NCBI RefSeq assembly: GCF_001194135.2
Contig: NC_068998.1
Span: forward strand, 40,300,976 to 40,364,975
Length of the DNA: 64,000 bases
Direction: 5' to 3'
Source: Octopus bimaculoides
Taxonomy: Eukaryota
The notes beneath the pieces were generated by a model that worked only from the letters and a program-made list of their open reading frames with translations, ran no database searches and had not been told where the DNA came from. This document shows, in pieces, positions 62,358-64,000 of this stretch (positions are counted from its first letter, which is position 1; each line of letters opens with the position of its first letter). The position numbers and the translations under genes were made by a program.

Positions 62358-63763
62358 TTAAGACTTTTGGCTTTAATTGGAAGATTTGACTGTTATCTCC
62401 AGCCATTGAGTGCCTATATAGGCATGGGCCCTTTTTTCAAAAAGTGGGCTGCATGAGACATGCCTGGCTCATTATCAGGTTTGTCACACTACTACAAAAA
62501 TTCAAGGTAATTTTTCATTAGGTGTGCCAGTCAGTCAACCCTGTGGGCCACAGGTTACCCCTTATGGGTATAGAGGATTTCTTGTATGTTTATGGCAGGG
62601 GCAGTGTCTTGTTGTTTAGCCACTTGTCGGCCATGATTGAGTAGGCTTATGATCAATAGTATTCCAACAATGGCCATCTCATCTTTTTTTAATAAGACAG
62701 TTGGATATAATTGAAAGAATATATGACTGGCTGTTATTTTTTGTATTTTGACTGAGAACATTGAGGCTGCCTTGTTGATTCATGGAAAATGCTATGTTAT
62801 ATATTGGAATATCAAATTGGATAAGGAATAAGTTTTATGATGAAGTTTGTGTACTGCCATGGTAACAACAATGTTGATGGGAGGAGTGTGCCAGTGGTAG
62901 CAGTGGTGGGGGGGTGCCACTGCTGAGGATTGTGGTGGTTGTAATGTTACTGGTTACGGTTGCTGCAAAAGCGGTGGTAGTGGTGGCAGCAGGGAAGTTT
63001 GGCAAGGATGTTGGTGATGACACTGGTGGTGATGACAACGATGATGTTTGTTTGATGATTGTGTTGATAGCAGTGACATTAGATAATTATATTAAAGAGC
63101 AGAATGTATTTAGTGATTATAAACAACATCTGTGGATGATAGCATTCCCAGCTATTGATGAGAATGATGATAATGGTGGCGGCAGTGGTGGTGATGATGG
63201 TGGTGGTGGTGGTGGTGGTGGTGGCAGCGGCGGCGGTGGTGGTGTTGATGGCCATGTTGGGGGAGGGGGTAGAAGCAGCAGTAGTAACAGCATGGAAGGA
63301 AGGAAGGGAGGGAGGGAGGAAAGTAGTGGATGAAGAATCCATAGAGTGCTTGATTAAATGCATGCAGTGTTTAGTTACATGTCTTGAAGTTCTCAGTTCA
63401 AATACTGCCAAGTTCAACTTTGCCCTTCATCCTTCTGGAATCAGTAGAATAAAACCCCAGTCAAGTACTGGAGTTAATTTAATCAGATGTATCAGAAATA
63501 ATCATTGTTGTTGTTGTTGCTAGTATGGAGGATTGACAAAATTGTTCTGGCTTTTTTTTAATTCTTTTTTTTTTACGCTGAATTCAAACACTGTTGGAAT
63601 CAAATCTACCTTTCATCCTTCTGAGTTTGATAAAATGAAGCACCAGTCAACTACTGGGGTCCACCAAATATATTGTTCCCTACATGCCAAATTTCTCCCC
63701 TTATGCACATGACAGAACTTATTATTATCATTATTATTAGGCCTTGTACCTATAGTAGAAAGG

Positions 63764-63764
<1 letters not shown>

Positions 63765-63843
<79 letters not shown>
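63765..63843. repeat. (ATT)n microsatellite of about 26 units; representative of dozens of AT, AC, AG, AGAT, CAT and GTG tracts in the window
   Basis: Direct reading. Confidence 0.98.
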
Positions 63844-63844
<1 letters not shown>

Positions 63845-63845
<1 letters not shown>

Positions 63846-63985
63846 CACTGAGGTCAACTTTACTTTTCATCCTTTTGGGGGTCAATTAAATAAGTACTAG
63901 TTGAATTCAAGGGTTGCTGTAATCAACTTACCCATATCCTGAAATTGCTAGCCTTGTGCCAAAATTTGAAAATTTGAAACCGTTA
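63845..63985 (+). mobile_element. Family C SINE, 5'-truncated
   Basis: GAGGTCAACTTTACTTTTCATCCTTTTGGGGG..GCCTTGTGCCAAAATTTGAAA. Confidence 0.85.
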
Positions 63986-64000
63986 GTAAGATGGCAAGCT

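Noticed and set aside
62403-62506. 104-nt exon candidate (IECLYRHGPFFQKVG..QKFK) with good AG/GT
   Set aside because: Its acceptor and first codons lie in the decayed family E hairpin motif and the peptide is unrecognisable; left out of the gene model.

Overview
AT-rich eukaryotic draft-assembly sequence with many N-gaps and dense microsatellites. The repeat families are most consistent with an octopus genome (inferred from repeat content, not proven). Almost every ORF in the supplied track is a microsatellite or N-gap artefact. No intact protein-coding gene, rRNA, true tRNA gene or CRISPR array can be supported. The window is mostly decayed mobile DNA: RTE, CR1-like and Tx1/L1-like LINE fragments; a Penelope-like GIY-YIG tail; a DD37D (maT-type) and a Tc1-type transposase remnant; hAT, mariner and TTAA (piggyBac-like) MITEs; and at least six short retroposon families, labelled A-F here. 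Several short splice-flanked open segments hint at a plus-strand host gene with very large introns, but I cannot identify the protein. Two signals stand out. (1) An abundant ~200-bp (CAA)n-tailed retroposon (family E) whose 5' head fits an HDV-like double-pseudoknot ribozyme with an Ingi/L1Tc-like L3 loop. (2) A recurring class of short fold-back elements, two of them centred on a hammerhead CTGAYGA core, that look like head-to-head Penelope-type termini. Element coordinates were read by eye and are approximate unless TIR/TSD positions are given.
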